Source of the DNA: Yuukianura sp. NJ FZ-2021
Lineage: Eukaryota
Direction of reading: 5' to 3'
Length of the DNA stretch: 64,000 nucleotides
Assembly (NCBI GenBank): GCA_046563655.1
Contig: CM102288.1
Span: forward strand, 5,146,001 to 5,210,000
Part shown: positions 39,109 to 53,140 of the stretch, one piece after another
How the letters are laid out: each line of letters begins with the position of its first letter
How positions within the stretch are numbered: the first letter of the stretch is position 1
Notes under the pieces: model-generated
What the model saw: the letters and a program-made list of their open reading frames with translations, nothing else
Told to the model about the DNA's origin: nothing
Database searches by the model: none
Position numbers and translations under genes: made by a program

Positions 39109-41265
39109 TAGTAACTGTACTAATTTACAATAATTATGTAATTACAAACTAAGCTTTTTCTGTTGAAAATGAAAATCGCTTGAACGTGTCACGTATATAA
39201 TATACTACCGTTTTTACAATTGCAGCTGTTACAAGGTTCAAAATTTTGTTACTTTCTTTTTGAGCAACAATGTGGAAGGGATAACTTCCAGATTTTTTGT
39301 GACATAACTTTCTAAAAAGCAAACGTTTTTTTTCCCTGAACTTTCGACTATGGATGTTTTTTTGCTTTTGGTTGGACTTACACTCTGTTCATTGTCATTT
39401 TGTGATCCCATTGTTGTCCAAGTACCCAAAACCTTATTGTATTTTCCCAGCTCAGAAACATTGTTGAAGTAGGCCTTGGTTTGAGTGAGGTAATAGTCGA
39501 ACATTGTGACTTCAATGGGACTTCACGCTGTTTCAATGAGCTCTCTCACAACTTCCACTACATAATGGACTTGTACCCTTCACAACAAAAAACATAAAAC
39601 TAGACATTTCCAGAAACAGCTGCAAGGGCCCCTGCAGCCCTTTAAGGGCCTTTCTCCTCTTTTTCAAGGCACTCCCACTCAGGCTACGCTTCTAAAAAGT
39701 GTAAATTCTAAAAGTAAATTTGAAATTTCCTTGACACGTTAGTGGTAAAAAAATTTATTTGAAAGCCAAACGTGGTTTAGGTTGTACGGTAGAGTTAGAT
39801 TGTGGTTTGGTGAGAGTTGTGCTATGTTTAGGTACTTGTTTAGTAAAAGTTAGCCTAGGTTATGTTTTCGTTTGGTAAAAGTTAGGGTTAGGCAAGGTTA
39901 GTAGTCTTCTCCAGAAAGTTTGGATCAAAAGAAGCGGAGATAGAGATCTTAATGACTCTTTTTCCAAATCCATGTTTTCCATTTGAAAAGAAGCATCACT
40001 TTCAAATTCTACCGCCTCGAAATTTTTGAATCCCCGCCATTGCCGCCTCACATAGCGTTTGACCTCTCCGACCAAACTTTTTTTTAAAACATGGAAAACC
40101 AGATTCCATCTTCCCCTGACCAATTCCACACTGCTACCTTTCCCATAAAACTTTACATTTTGTTACGTCAGGGAAGACACTTTGGAAAAAAATTTCAAAA
40201 AGTGGAGATTCCAATTCTGTTCAAAAAAGCCTCTCAAACAGAATCCGTTTCGGTAGTTGAGGTATTTAGGCACTTGAATTATTGGTGTCCATGTCACATT
40301 TCCAAGGGCTCAGGAACAGTTTAAGTCCCCCCTAAATCGTATTCTATTCCTCTTGACTTCACACTTGGAACCCCATTCAGATTGTGAATGGACAGGCGAT
40401 GGGATACGGTCGTTGGATTTTGTAAAAAAAGAATTTTTTTTTTTTGAATTGTAGCGGTATGTTTTAGATTTTGAAAATGGTTAAACACCTCTAGCCGAAA
40501 TGGGACAACCAGGGTATGTTTTTTCTGTCCCATCCATTATGTCACACACTGTCAAATACCTTCTCAACTACACACAATTTATGTCATACATTCAGGTATT
40601 TCCAATGTACACTTCAATGACTTCTTTCGTTCAAAATTTTTAAAATCTTTTGAAATTTGTTATAGTAAAAGTCCTTTTTCCTACTAAAAACGACATTTCA
40701 GTGTAAAAAATCCAAAAACCAAAAAGTAGCAGAATAGCTACCGCTCTAACATAGCCTATTAAATTTTCCCTGATTTTTCAAAATTGTAAAACATTTTGAT
40801 AACAAAAGAAGCAAAACGGCTTCCTTTTTTTTAAATCCCGATCATCCCAAGGTTTTTAACTTTTTTTTTCTGGAAATTTTTTTCGGACATTTTGCGCTGT
40901 TGTCTGAAAATCAAAAGACGATTTTTGGTTTTTCCCTCCACATTTTTCAAATATTTTTGATGATTAGAAACGAGAAAAATTTCTCCCGCTCCCGCTTGTG
41001 CTAATGTAATTTCGGGAGCTTAATGACAAGCGCTCTCAAAGTGTTGTTGGTTTCCGCTCCCTTCGCAACTCCCTGAGTGCGGGGAGCGGGAAAAATCGTT
41101 TTGGTGCTTAAGGGACATACGTTGATCCTGGCAGGAGAAAACCAGTCTCCCCCAATCCCATTTTCACCGGTGATTGGACTCTGGCTCTTGAGATATGAGA
41201 TCACATCACTCATAAGGTAAGGCCATCATAACCTAGCCAAGCCTCACCATGTAGTACCTAGAGTC

Positions 41266-41526
41266 CAAGGTTTGTTGATTTTGATTTTCTTTAACAGATT
41301 GGGTAATACCTCATGTTTTTTTTTGATGTTCCAAAAGAGCTTCTTTTCATTTCAGGACATCGTAGTCGTAACAATAAAGCGGAGTTTTTTATATTTTGCA
41401 TAAGAATTGGTAGCAATTTTTCGGATTGAATTGGTACCAATTTTAGTTTTGTTTTCGATTTTATGTCAACAAGCGAGGTAGTTCCCAACCTGTCAAATAA
41501 AATCTTTTTGTTGCCATGAAACCTTG
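41266..41526. mobile_element. CAAGG-terminus MITE with 8-bp TSD
   Basis: Termini caaggttt / aaaccttg, perfect TSD CTAGAGTC (41258-41265, 41527-41534), internal aattggtagcaatttt motif shared with the 56.7-kb copy. Confidence 0.85.
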
Positions 41527-44500
41527 CTAGAGTCTCGTTCAAAACATCAGTCAGGTCAAAATGAGTCACATGACCATGCTACGGGCCTAATCTGTAACAA
41601 TGTCAAAAAAAGTTTAATTCAAATTTAAAATATAGCCGATTTTTTTTTAAATTTGGATCCAGTTGGAACCAATATTAGGAGAAAGTTACAGAAAATCATA
41701 AAATTTCGCTTAGAAATGAGGCGTCTACGACACATGTGAAGTGAAAGTGGACGTAAAATATTGGGTGTAGGTTGGGGGTAGTAAGTTGAATTGATGCGAT
41801 TCCTGGAAGGAGAGGAACGACACATGTTCCCCCCTCCACTCTGATTTCATATGAAAAAGTAACGGAATTCTTCTTCAAAAAATGTTAGACCTACCATAAC
41901 CTAACTTTCTCTTTGTTTTTGGCAATCATGACCAAAATTCCAGAGGGAGAAAGTTGGAGCCAGAAGGACTTTTTCCATAATTTCTCAAATGTCATATTTT
42001 CTCCAGAAGGGTCATGAAGAAAGACGTCGATTCCCCAGATGGAATGGAATCCACAGATTTTCCCGCTCTTTTTTGAAAAAGAGAGGAAAACGCAACGCCA
42101 TACCTACCGTGGTGCATGGTCTCTTACAAGATGCGTTTTTTCTTATTTCTTGTGCCAAGAAATTCCTACGACCTGACAAAAATAACGAAATTTTGAAAAT
42201 TGGATTTTATGGGGATTCGGGATCTAATCTTTATTCCAAAAATTGGAATTTCGAAACATCCAAACTCCACATCAATTTTTTATGAAATCATAACCAAAAA
42301 ATTTAAAAAAAAAAAAAAAAGAAAGGGTAGAGGACATGGAATCCTAATATAGCACAACATAAACTAACATAACGTACAGAGACAGACAGACAGACAATAA
42401 CGGCAAAAGTGTAACAAAACATACAAAGTAGCTTGTTTTCAAAGTTTTTTAAAGCTGTACGGCAATGCAAAGAAAGTCGAAAGCATGTTGTTTGTATTCT
42501 TCTGATTTTTTTTCAAGAAAGGAGGAAAAGTGTGTGCATTTTTCAAAATTCCTCTGGGAGTAGCCCGAACATGGAAACCCTTGTTAGTAGCCTTTTGGAA
42601 TTCCTTTGAAGGTTGCAGTGGAAGTTGACCTTGGTGCGTGCTTGTGCAGCATGTCACTTTCTCCACTTTCACCAAAGTCAGTGGAAGAGTCAGGATGTTA
42701 AAATGTTTGATTCCAAGGAAACACCGTCCTCCATTAATCTTCTCTTTTTCAATTTTCCCGCCTGTCTCCCGCTCTCCGATTCAAACTCAATTGAACCCTG
42801 CTCAAATGGCTTTCCAGGAGACGCAAGTTCTCCTGGAAGCCTAACTAACCTAACATTTTCTAGCCTAACTTAACCGAAAGCAACTTTCCATTATTTTCCC
42901 GCCAGATTTAAAGTTTACACTCGGACATTTCAGTCCCCCACTTTACACTTTCTCGGATTTGGTTTCTCCCACCCCAAAGTTAGTTCCAATGGATTCAAAA
43001 ATTTAATTTCCCGTTTCAAATTTCAAGTTGAAAATTGAAAAAATAACATAAATGAAATTAAAATCTTGAAAAACAGGTTTTCGATCTTGATTGCGTCAAG
43101 TGGTTTTTAACACCTTTTCTGCTTAATGAAGGGCCCTTGGAATAATGGATAATTAAAAGTACTCAACAGAGGTGTGTCTTCCCTTAACAGCCTTATCATG
43201 TCTCTCCTGCAGGGATTCACTTTACTAATCTGGGATCTCGGAGGTACTTAATTACCAAAAGGGGGCCCTTAATTCCAGAAAAGAAGCCTTAAAGTGACTT
43301 TGAAATGTCGTTAGAGCCACTCGGGAGCCCTTTGGGGGTTTTGGTTTTTAGAGTTGAGCGGAGATTTAAAAATGTTGTTAAAAAGGATTTGAGGAAAGTG
43401 AGAATGATGGGGGAGAGAAGGATAAAGTATGTTGAGGACAGTTTTTGAATGTATCATCGCTTGCCGCACTTTTTTTTTTGAACTTTCCATCGCTTTCTTC
43501 TTCTTCGAAAGCGTTAGTTATATGCATCAGCGTCTTGAGTCCGATTTCATCCTTTGGCGCATTTATTCCCATCACGTTATTCTCCCATAAACGATGAAAG
43601 ATAAAGGCCCCTCCTTTCCACAAGCGGATTTTCTCCATTTCAGAGTTTTAAGTGCCCCCGTCTCCCCTTCAACATCTCAAGTCATCTCGGAGCATAAAAA
43701 TGTCTCAAAAGTAACGACAGACCTTATTCATCAAAAATTCCATTTCAGAGAGGAAAATATGTGCAGAAGCCCATCTCTTATTTCCACAAATGGGCATTGT
43801 CACTTTGGCATTCATTGAAAGTGTCGTCCTGACTTTGGATTCTACTTCTTACTTCAATACCATCCAAAATGCAGCAAACGTTTTAAAAGTTGGTCAAAGG
43901 CAGTGTTGGCGGATGCTTAAACGTCCAGTGGCTTAATTGTCACTTCTACTGGATATACACTGGAAAGTAAAGTGCCCACCCACAATGTACGAGTGGATGG
44001 AAGAAAACAAAAATTTCGCGCGGAATTCAAAAAAGTTAAAATCACAAAATAGTATGAATTGCATTTAAACTTTCACTTTTAAAATTCCGCTAAAACTTAC
44101 TTAACAACGATGTTTACATGATTTTTGTACAGTATTGTGATTTTTGCATACAATTAATTCAAACAAGGCGGGCAAAGCTCCTCCCCTTTGGATTATTAAT
44201 TTTCATCCATTTCTTCCACTGGATATCCAGCCGTGGATGAAATGTCGAAAAAGTGGATATGTACGTTAGTATTATTATTTGGTGCAAATGAAACAATTGT
44301 GTACAACTAAAAAAATGAATTACAAATTAATCGTACTTTTTTTGGCAGATGTGAAGTACATTTTAAAAGTCAAGCAACGTCTCCTGTGAACAGACTTTGA
44401 ATCTCCTGCATCCAGTATGTGTTGTGGAAAGTGAGTGGATGGATTGAATGGTCCTTAGCGTTGTAATCCCCTTAATTTAAGAAGTCTCACTTTCCCCATT

Positions 44501-47500
44501 GTTGTTCAAATGTTCCCCCTTCTCAATTTCTCTATCGTCCATAGAATAAAAGCTAGGTAGTCTAACCAAACTTGGTTTTTGTAGCGTTTTCTTCTTAATC
44601 TTTGCTAAGAATGACTGCGGATTTTCCCCAGAGGACCCCGCTGCACTTCTTGGATCCAAGGGTGCTTTCCCCAGGTTATGCTCCCTGTCCTATCCTTCTC
44701 CAGGTTCCAAAAAGCATAAAAGAGGGATGAGGCGTCCAGAACGTGAGACGGTGCAGGATGTGATCAGAATCCTGATCAACTTTTGCCCCTCTTCAGCTCT
44801 CGGCAGCTCAAGATTCTGAAAATTCGGGACTTAAAGTTTCTCTGCTTTCTCCCTCGGTCGAAAAGTAGCTTTTGAGATCATGAAAGCTTTAGTTTCTTCT
44901 CCCTATCATCTCCAAACTTTGTTTCGTCAAGTGAACAAGAACAATAAAGTGGAACGTACGAGAAACAAACCTAGTTGATTGTAATTACTGTAATTTCAAA
45001 TCAAACAGTTCTCAAAATAATTCTAGTTATTTTGAATCAGCACATCGTCAGCATCTTTTTTAAGCACATATTTGAATTATAATAAGTTAGGTTCATTTAA
45101 CATAACCTAACTGGAATTGGCTGGAAACACAATTTGAAAGTTATGTTAGATTACTTTCAACGTAATTGAAAAAAGGAAAGCCAATTTTAGGTAGCTCGCA
45201 ACTTAATACTTTTCATTTTTTGAGACATTAATTTCATAATTCAATTTCACCCTGGTTGAGTTTGAATTACAAACCATTGTAGAAAAAACCGAAAAAAAGT
45301 ATTCGAAATCTGATCTTTTCCAGTGATCGGAAAAAACGAAATCGATTTCACTGATCATGCAGAGTCCCTCTTCTGCTGTTCTCTCCATATCAAATTTAAG
45401 GGCCAATTTCCAGAACTCTCCAGAGTCACTTTCCTATTGTTCTGCAACATAATCAAAAATCACAATTTCAAATCAGAGGAACCCTTATAAAAAAAGGGGT
45501 CCCTTCATAAGGGACCCTAAAATAATAGTCTTTACTAAATCCGAAAAACCATTATGACAGAGGATCATCTCCTTTATTTTTATGCGAAGACCCATATAGG
45601 GGTTCCTTTGGTCTTTAATGAAGGGACAGGAGGACCCTATCCTAATCCTACTACTCGCTCTTAATTTCTGCACAAAAGTGTCTCGTTTTGGGGCTACGTA
45701 GGCCGGGGGACCCTTAATGGACCCCTTATCACTTGTGCCTTGCCTCATCCATTCCCTCCGCTTTGCCATCTGTCATCAAATCTCAAATCTTATGCGTACA
45801 GTCATGTGCACTCGCGCATGTCCGTTAACTTCAAAATCAAAATTTTAAATTGGCTTTCATTTTTTTCGAAAACGAGGCGAACCAAACTTTCACTAGCTTT
45901 GGAACTTGAGATTACAAAATTAGTTGGTAGAATGTTAGGCTAGGTAATGTATGTGCTTTCTCTATATTTATATTTTTTTTATCTGCCACTCCCAACGCCC
46001 GAACTTCATTTTCGAATGCAAATGGTCCAATTTTGGACAAAAAGAAAACAACTGTGAGGAAGTTAGCATTTAGACAAACGTTGATTGGACAATTCAGCTG
46101 CAAAGTGGAGCGTATCTCGTTTATAGTTTGGAGACTTTTTGAAATTTCCTACTTCCAATTCTCCTGATTCCTCCTTCCTTTCTAATGTCTTTTAATTTTA
46201 TCTTTCCAAATTAAACTTTTCACTTTGAATACAAAGTGAACCCAAAATTTACAACTGGGAACAAGACAAGTTAACTAGCTAGGAAAAACTGCTAAAACAA
46301 GAAACTTAGCAGGCAAGTAAAAATTCAATTTCGGCATATGTCATAAAATAAATCACACCAAAACACTTAACCCGAAACAGAAATTAAAATGGAAACATTT
46401 TTTTTTTCAAATTTAGATTCTACACTTCACACTGCTTAAATTTTTAAACTGTCTAACAGTAAAGGTTAAAGTTGGGAGAACAAGTCTAGCCCATAGCCTA
46501 ACATTTTAGATGACCATTTGAGTATTAATTTTTATTTCGTAAAGGTCAAAGGTCAACTGCGGTTGACTTGGCAATTGTAAGTGGTATGCGACCAGTTACT
46601 TATTTTTTTCGTTAGGTTTAGGTAATGTTAGTTTGTTTTCCCCAGCTTAGGTTAGTTAGCCGTTGTGTAGCTAGGAAATTAGGAGTGAAAGTCGCTGATT
46701 GGAATGAGAGAGGGGATGGATTAGCAAGTTTTCTTTTATTCCTTTTGTATCCTCTGCAGTACAAGAGGGGAATGTTGTAATCACCATTAAGAGCGGGGAG
46801 ATTCAAAAAATAACGAAATGACCCCTCCAGAAGGTTCCCTCTCAACGGTCAAAGGCACAAAATCAGTAGCACAAAAGACAATTTGTGGGGGCAAAGTTTT
46901 CTCTTTTTTGTGCCTTCTTACGAGTTAAGTTGGGAGGAGAAAGTAGTCAAAGGAAATGAGCCCTTCTCCAAATAATTTGAAGCAAGAGGAGCAGCAACAT
47001 TTATTTAATTACAATTCCTTGCGATACTCATTTCCAACTAAAACTGGAAAGGGGAAGGCATGTTAGAGATGCTGCAGCTCCGTGCTGTTTCGTTTTCTGG
47101 CAAAATTGAAGCTGAAATCTTTAGCGGGCAGGAGCGGAACGGAGAAAATAATGAAAATCCGAAACTTCATGCATCGAAGCTTGGAATAACAAAAACTAGT
47201 ACAAGAAACGGGAAAAAATTTTGCGTATATAAAACAGAACGCTAAAAATTTCGAAGCTGCGGGGTTAGATCTGCAACACGGAAAGGAAAAATCCCCATGT
47301 ATAAAACATTTTTTTTTCAATGAGTAATTTTTTTTTTTCAAAAAGTGCAAAATCAGAAACTGCAATTGGGGGTTTCTGTTAAATGAGTTAATTTTCGTCC
47401 TACTTGATACATGGTTTCATAAATACTAAAAAAAAAAATTAAAGTAAAATCGACCTTTCGCAGTTTTCAAAAAAAAAAATTCAAAACGGAATTGGCCGCC

Positions 47501-49241
47501 ATCTCTGTTTTTAGAAATGACAGTGATCATCTCCTACCGTTACACACAAATATACTACATTGTTACATCAACTTTGTTGTAAAAGTTACACAGTTTAGTT
47601 TTACTGCTAAATTAAACAGTCAATGTGACACTCTCAGGTAGTGCTTTCAAACTAATTAAAGCTAATTAGCACTTCAAACTTTTAATTGTTGTAATAGTTG
47701 TGTCATTTTGCTAATGAAGCAACAAATGCATGAGATGCTTTGACTTGTGTAAGATACCAAGTCCTGGCGCTTCACTTTGCTTAAAAAATGTTGAGATCTT
47801 AAGGTGAAAGCTTAATTAAAACTGATAAACCTATCTAGTTTAGGTTATAATTGTGAATCGACTACAGGATTGAAACGATGGAAGTCATTTGTTTCCATTT
47901 GCCCAAATTGAAGCAAAACGCTAACACTAAATTGACATGGTTGTTTGTTTTTTTTTTGACAAAGCACAACTGGGACTTTTTGACCGGATAAAAAAAATCG
48001 TGAAGTTGTTGAAAAGTCCGTTTCGTAACTTGTGCCATTAGGCTGATTGGTGTTTAACTCTTTCACTTTCCAACTCTCAACAGCGAAGAAATGCAATGCT
48101 TTCTCCTGCTAAAGGCCAATTTTCTCACATCACATCCTTCCTTGTTGAAATTCACAGTCCTCTGGATTCGTAAACATAAAAAAAAACTCTTCCTTACTGT
48201 TTTTTTTTAAAGTTTATTAAAATATAAGCAGTCTGGGATATATTTTCGCATGAATTGGTAATCTATCGGTAAAGCCGCAAGCTCAAATACTTTCGTTTCG
48301 GACACCTAACACTATGAATTCAACAGATGTCGCGCAAGCCTTCACTTTCAAACGCTGACTAACTTTGAATATTGATTTTGCCTTATAAATAATTTTAAGA
48401 ATTTATAACTTATGAAGTTTACCATTTACACCATTATTACCTCAGAAAAAAAAAACTTAAGCAGAAAACACATCAGCAAAATACGTCCTTTCCGGTTCCG
48501 GAGATACACGTGCCGAATCATGTCAAAAAGGGCGGCCTTGACCTCATATAACTCCGTTAAGGTCAAACTTTTTTCACGAAAATTTTTCTTTTCAATGGTA
48601 CTTTATTTCTCCAAAATTTGGAAGGGATCAAAAACTGCATGTAACACAAAAAATTTGTTTTTTTAAACATATTTGGCAAATAGTTGCTCTTACGCTGAAT
48701 TCAACCAGTATTTGGAACTTGGCCAATATTTTAACGTTTGCCTATACAATTTGGTCCGTGTGAAAGAGATCAGTGGGCAATGGTGCTTGTTCCATACAAA
48801 GATACCCAAAAAAGCAAAACTCGTGGACGGGAGTCTTGTAACACGTGGACTTAAATTCCTTGCAAAAAAGTTCCTACACTAGATCCCGCTCCCTTGCTAA
48901 ACAAATACGAAGCGTATATAAGCGTTATATTAAGTGCTTAACGCTAAAAGCTTATCGTCATAACGCTGTGGAGACCAGTTCAGCGTTCACCCGTTTTATC
49001 TTTCGTCTTGTTTTGTTCTGTAAATAACATATTCCATTATTTCCTCCTCGCGCCTACAATCCCGAGTCTCAGTTTCTGTTTGGGTATGGAAAGGAGATGA
49101 CACACTCTCACTTTTTGTTACTAACTTGTAACCAGTAGTGTAACACTGGCTTTATGGAAACGTGAGTGGACTAGACAGTAAATGATAGCTCAATCAGACA
49201 TTCTCAGTTTCTTCCTGGATCAAACCTATATTTAGAGCAAC

Positions 49242-52200
49242 ATGGATGGAAAAGAAAAAAGTGATTTGACTAAAACTTCATTGTATGAGTTTCGGCATAA
49301 TCTCGGGTTGCTATTGGATACGCGCTACAAATTGTTGGTAAGTCAAATTAACTAAAAGTTCAGCTTATTTTAATTTTAAACGAAGACGATATCATGATTA
49401 TAACGTGACGCGTACACGTTTAGAGATCAATCACCTCTATAATTTAAGTATACTTTCTTGTTTATGACTGCAGAATAGTATGTAAGGGAGGTTAAAGTGG
49501 TTTAACCTTAATTAAGGAAATACAAAATAATTGTATTTCCTATGTTGGACTTTTAGGAGCTTAGGTTATTGTGTGTGTTTATGCCTCTGTTCTGCCGTGC
49601 CTGTGTGTGTTCGTGAATTTAACTCATTCGTGCGCATGCGCTATATCCACCTAATCTGCGACTAAATTTCTGTCCGGTGCGTAGATACGAGATCACCGAA
49701 GGAATTAATTAATTTGTGATTTCGATTTCTTAAGTAAATTTATTCTCCGTTGTTGAGACTCTCTGTATGTGAACAGCTTCAGTTTTGGTTTAGTTAGACT
49801 GGGAAAAAATATTTAGTACCCAAAACCTATAATGTTAATGTAAATCGTTTAGGGGCTTCATAAACTAAATATTTATATTTTTTTCGGTGTACCTAATGTT
49901 AATCATTGAAACATATTTGGTTTCTTTTATTGCAAAAATTAATATTTGAAAATATTTAAAATGCGTTTGTAAATATTTTTTTCCACTATAACAATTGATT
50001 TTAATTTTCTTAAAGTTTTGGCGCAGGTTGAGTTAGGCTTAAAAGTATAAAGGTATAGGTGGGTTTTGGTGCAAAATTCACCCATTTGCGATTTGGTTTC
50101 ATTTTGTCGGTCTAAAACGATCTGTCCTCTTGCAGGTTTAGTATTCCGAATTGCCGCCGATTTTCTAAAGAAAAGTTGGAGATTCTTCTGTATTAGATTT
50201 GATGCCGATGACGCATACCATCCAACATAACTGGTTACAATAAGTCTATTGTTCACTTTCTAAAAACATAAACTGTGAGTATAAGACAATGTTATCAATT
50301 CACAACGACGGACAACCGTAAATCTAAATTTGTCTTTTACAAATAACGCCCCGGCATATCTTGTTTTTAGCTTTCTTTCTGAACAAAGAACAATAGAAAT
50401 TGGAAAAAATCGCTGCGTTTGAAATTGTTTACATGGTTGTAATGGAGTTGTAAGTTAAATACATCAAATAAGAACAGTCAGCACTGTCACTATCCAAAGT
50501 CGAAAGAGAAAATGATGAGGAAAGAAGGAATGAAGGATGAGAAAAGCACAACAATGTGTTGACCTAGCTTTATTTCTACATTTCAGTTTAGTTTATAATT
50601 AAAAGGCTTATCTTGCTCATTTTTCAAATCGTGGTTTTGTTCTCGTCGTCGTGTGATGACTCAAGCAGAGCGATGGTATGGAATGTGAACATAATTACGA
50701 CGAACCTTGGGGTTTTATGATTTTGAAACTAATTAATTAAAATACGGATTCATGTTTCATTAGACGTTTAATTTTTTTGGGATTTGCAGGGTCTTCAAAT
50801 GTCACATATTGAAAAGGAATATAGTTTCTGGTTCAAGGAACAGATGAAATTGGATTGCCTAGAAACCCATGAAAGTAGCTGGCCGGCATTGTTCAAACAT
50901 GAAAAATTGCTCAAGGACAGATTCTTTGTTGTGACGAAAAATAGCGTCCAATATGTCAAAAGCAACCCAGATAAATTGGGCGAAGACAGTACAGAGCTGT
51001 TCAGTTTTGCCAATTACAAAGAATTGCAACAATGGAGAGCCGGAAACAAAGTAAAGCCATGTACAGCCGAAGCTGGCGTACAAGTATCGTTGCTGCCGCA
51101 ATTTCCAAGTATTGCTGAAGACGTTGCTAAATTTCAAGAAAGGCCTTTCTTACATAGGAGCATTTCATTGGAATCTGGAGCTTCGGTACCAGTAAAAGTA
51201 CAATCGTACAAGTGTGAGGTTGCAGACTGCGCAGTTCTGGCAGAAATACTTCAGGTGGAAGCTGTCACACAAACGTCTCACCGCCGTTTAAAAGATAATG
51301 CCAGTCAAACGTCTTTTCTTCGCCAGCGCCGTTCTGTAGATTCTGGAACTCAAACCGTTACTTCTACTTTAGTGGAAAGCGCAGTTCAAACACCTCAGAG
51401 TCCATTAGTCGCCACTGGAGTACAAACAACTCGAACGGTAAATGCTCGAATTCAAACTCGACCCATTGTGAATTGCTCAAAAATTGGCGCTGGAACTCAA
51501 ACTGAAAACAGTCAGATATCCAGTTCTGGCGGAACTCAAAAGTCCATTGCCAGTAGGGCGCCGACTGGTAATAAAAAATTACAAAAATCGAGTTGCACTG
51601 GAGGGGCTACTGGAAATCAAAATCTTAAAAAATCCAGCTTTGTTGCTGGAAACAGAGAAATTCAAAATATACAAAATTCCAGTGCAGTGAATGCTGAAAT
51701 TCATTTACCAAAGTTCAGTTCCAATTTTGCGCCCGCCAATACTGGAAATGTACAAAGATCTAGCTCGATTGAAGGGACTGCTGAAATACAAAGCTTACAA
51801 AAATCCAGTTCCGTTGGAGGAATCACTCGGAGTCAACGTATCCAAAAGAACAGTTCAATTGGAGTTGAAAGTTCTCAGCATTCCAGTTCTGCTGCAACTC
51901 AAAATCCTAATAAACAGATTACTGTTGGAGTGGATACTAGGACTCAACTGCCACCGTCGTCAAGTCATGATGCAGAAATCAGCGTTCAGACGCTTCCTAT
52001 ACTGACGCTGGAACCCCAGAGTGGAAATGATGAACCTGTTTCAACCTCGCATACGTCTCAACCTTTGGCGTCGTTCCAACCAGTACCAACCATTAGTACC
52101 ACACACGAGATTTCCACTGCTGTAAGTGTACACAAATTAACTAAGCAAGGTTGTGTGGTTTTCGTTTTTTTTAAATATAGATCAGTAAACTGGGTTTAAA

Positions 52201-53140
52201 TCGGGTTTTTATTTGGCATGACTCAAAATTGTGTTAAATCCCGAAAAACAAATGGATTACTAAAGTTGCTTCAAAATGGTTGAAAACGTGATTGCGTTAC
52301 GTTACGTTAGCGTGATGCTTCAAAATACGCGATGCAAATACAATAGTTTGTGAGTCAGCAAAAACAAATCAAATTTTGAAAAAAAAAAATCGGTATATTT
52401 GGCAGCTTATTGTTTGCGAATACAACCCACTTCGTTTAAATCGCCATTTGAATCACGCATTTAAATCAATGGGTTTGAAAATTGATGTTGACGAATATTT
52501 AATGAATTTATTAAGGTCTTTTTTTTTACTCCTAACACTTCTTTTGTTATTCAATTCCTGATTTAGATGGAACCTCAGCCATCAAGCTGCTTGATTTACG
52601 ATTACGGACATTCCAGTTCTTGCAACACAAATTTCAGTGCAAACGAAAGTGGTAGCAAAGCTCCAAATATTACCTCGAACAAGAACGTCGATTACCGTAA
52701 ACCTACCATAATTTCGCAATAAAGCAAAAGCAGCATTCACTTAAATAAATTTGTCAATAGGTGAAGTTGCACCTGGCGATCGGCAACTAGTAACGCCGAC
52801 GCCTAATAAACGGAGATGCAGCGGCGCCGAAGATGATAAAACTCCTAACAAACTTCCAAAGTTTCAACCAACATTCCAACCAATCCACGTACAAAATGAA
52901 TCGGTTGCCAAGCATAAAACAATTGATGACATACCGTTGGAAAATGTATCGGAACTAATACACAGTAGGCCAGAAATCTCTCTCGTAAAAACTGAACAAC
53001 TAGAACAAGAACAACGCCCAAAAATCAATGATGAAGGTGAGAAACTTCCTGACAAATGATTTCTGTTACTTGTGCTAGTTTTTTAATGGTATAATTTAAT
53101 ACAACTTTTAGAATTGAAAACGAAACGCCCTATTTATTAA
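49242..53140 (+). CDS. LOTUS/OST-HTH-like domain protein with a long S/T/Q-rich linker containing multiple TQT motifs (about 620 aa if it ends at 53140)
   Basis: Exons 49242-49337 (MDGKEKSDLTKTSLYEFRHNLGLLLDTRYKLL|GTAAGT), 50790-52121, 52567-52696, 52761-53036 and 53112-53140 are phase-consistent. The spliced N-terminus FRHNLGLLLDTRYKLLGLQMSHIEKEYSFWFKEQMKLD...WPALFK...FFVV fits the LOTUS winged-helix pattern. The domain call is by eye and the 3' end is uncertain. Confidence 0.7.

Noticed and set aside
18950..48200. Numerous 60-180 aa ORFs in the ORF track
   Set aside because: F/K/L/S-rich composition typical of AT-rich non-coding DNA, with no domains or consistent splice structure.
48198..48362. 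Second minus-strand promoter/first exon (TTAGTC ... GTAAGG)
   Set aside because: No correctly spaced DPE and it contains a short upstream ORF; too weak to call.
49939..50420. Possible nested minus-strand gene in the first intron of the LOTUS gene
   Set aside because: The candidate exons did not splice into a continuous frame and I recognised no domain.
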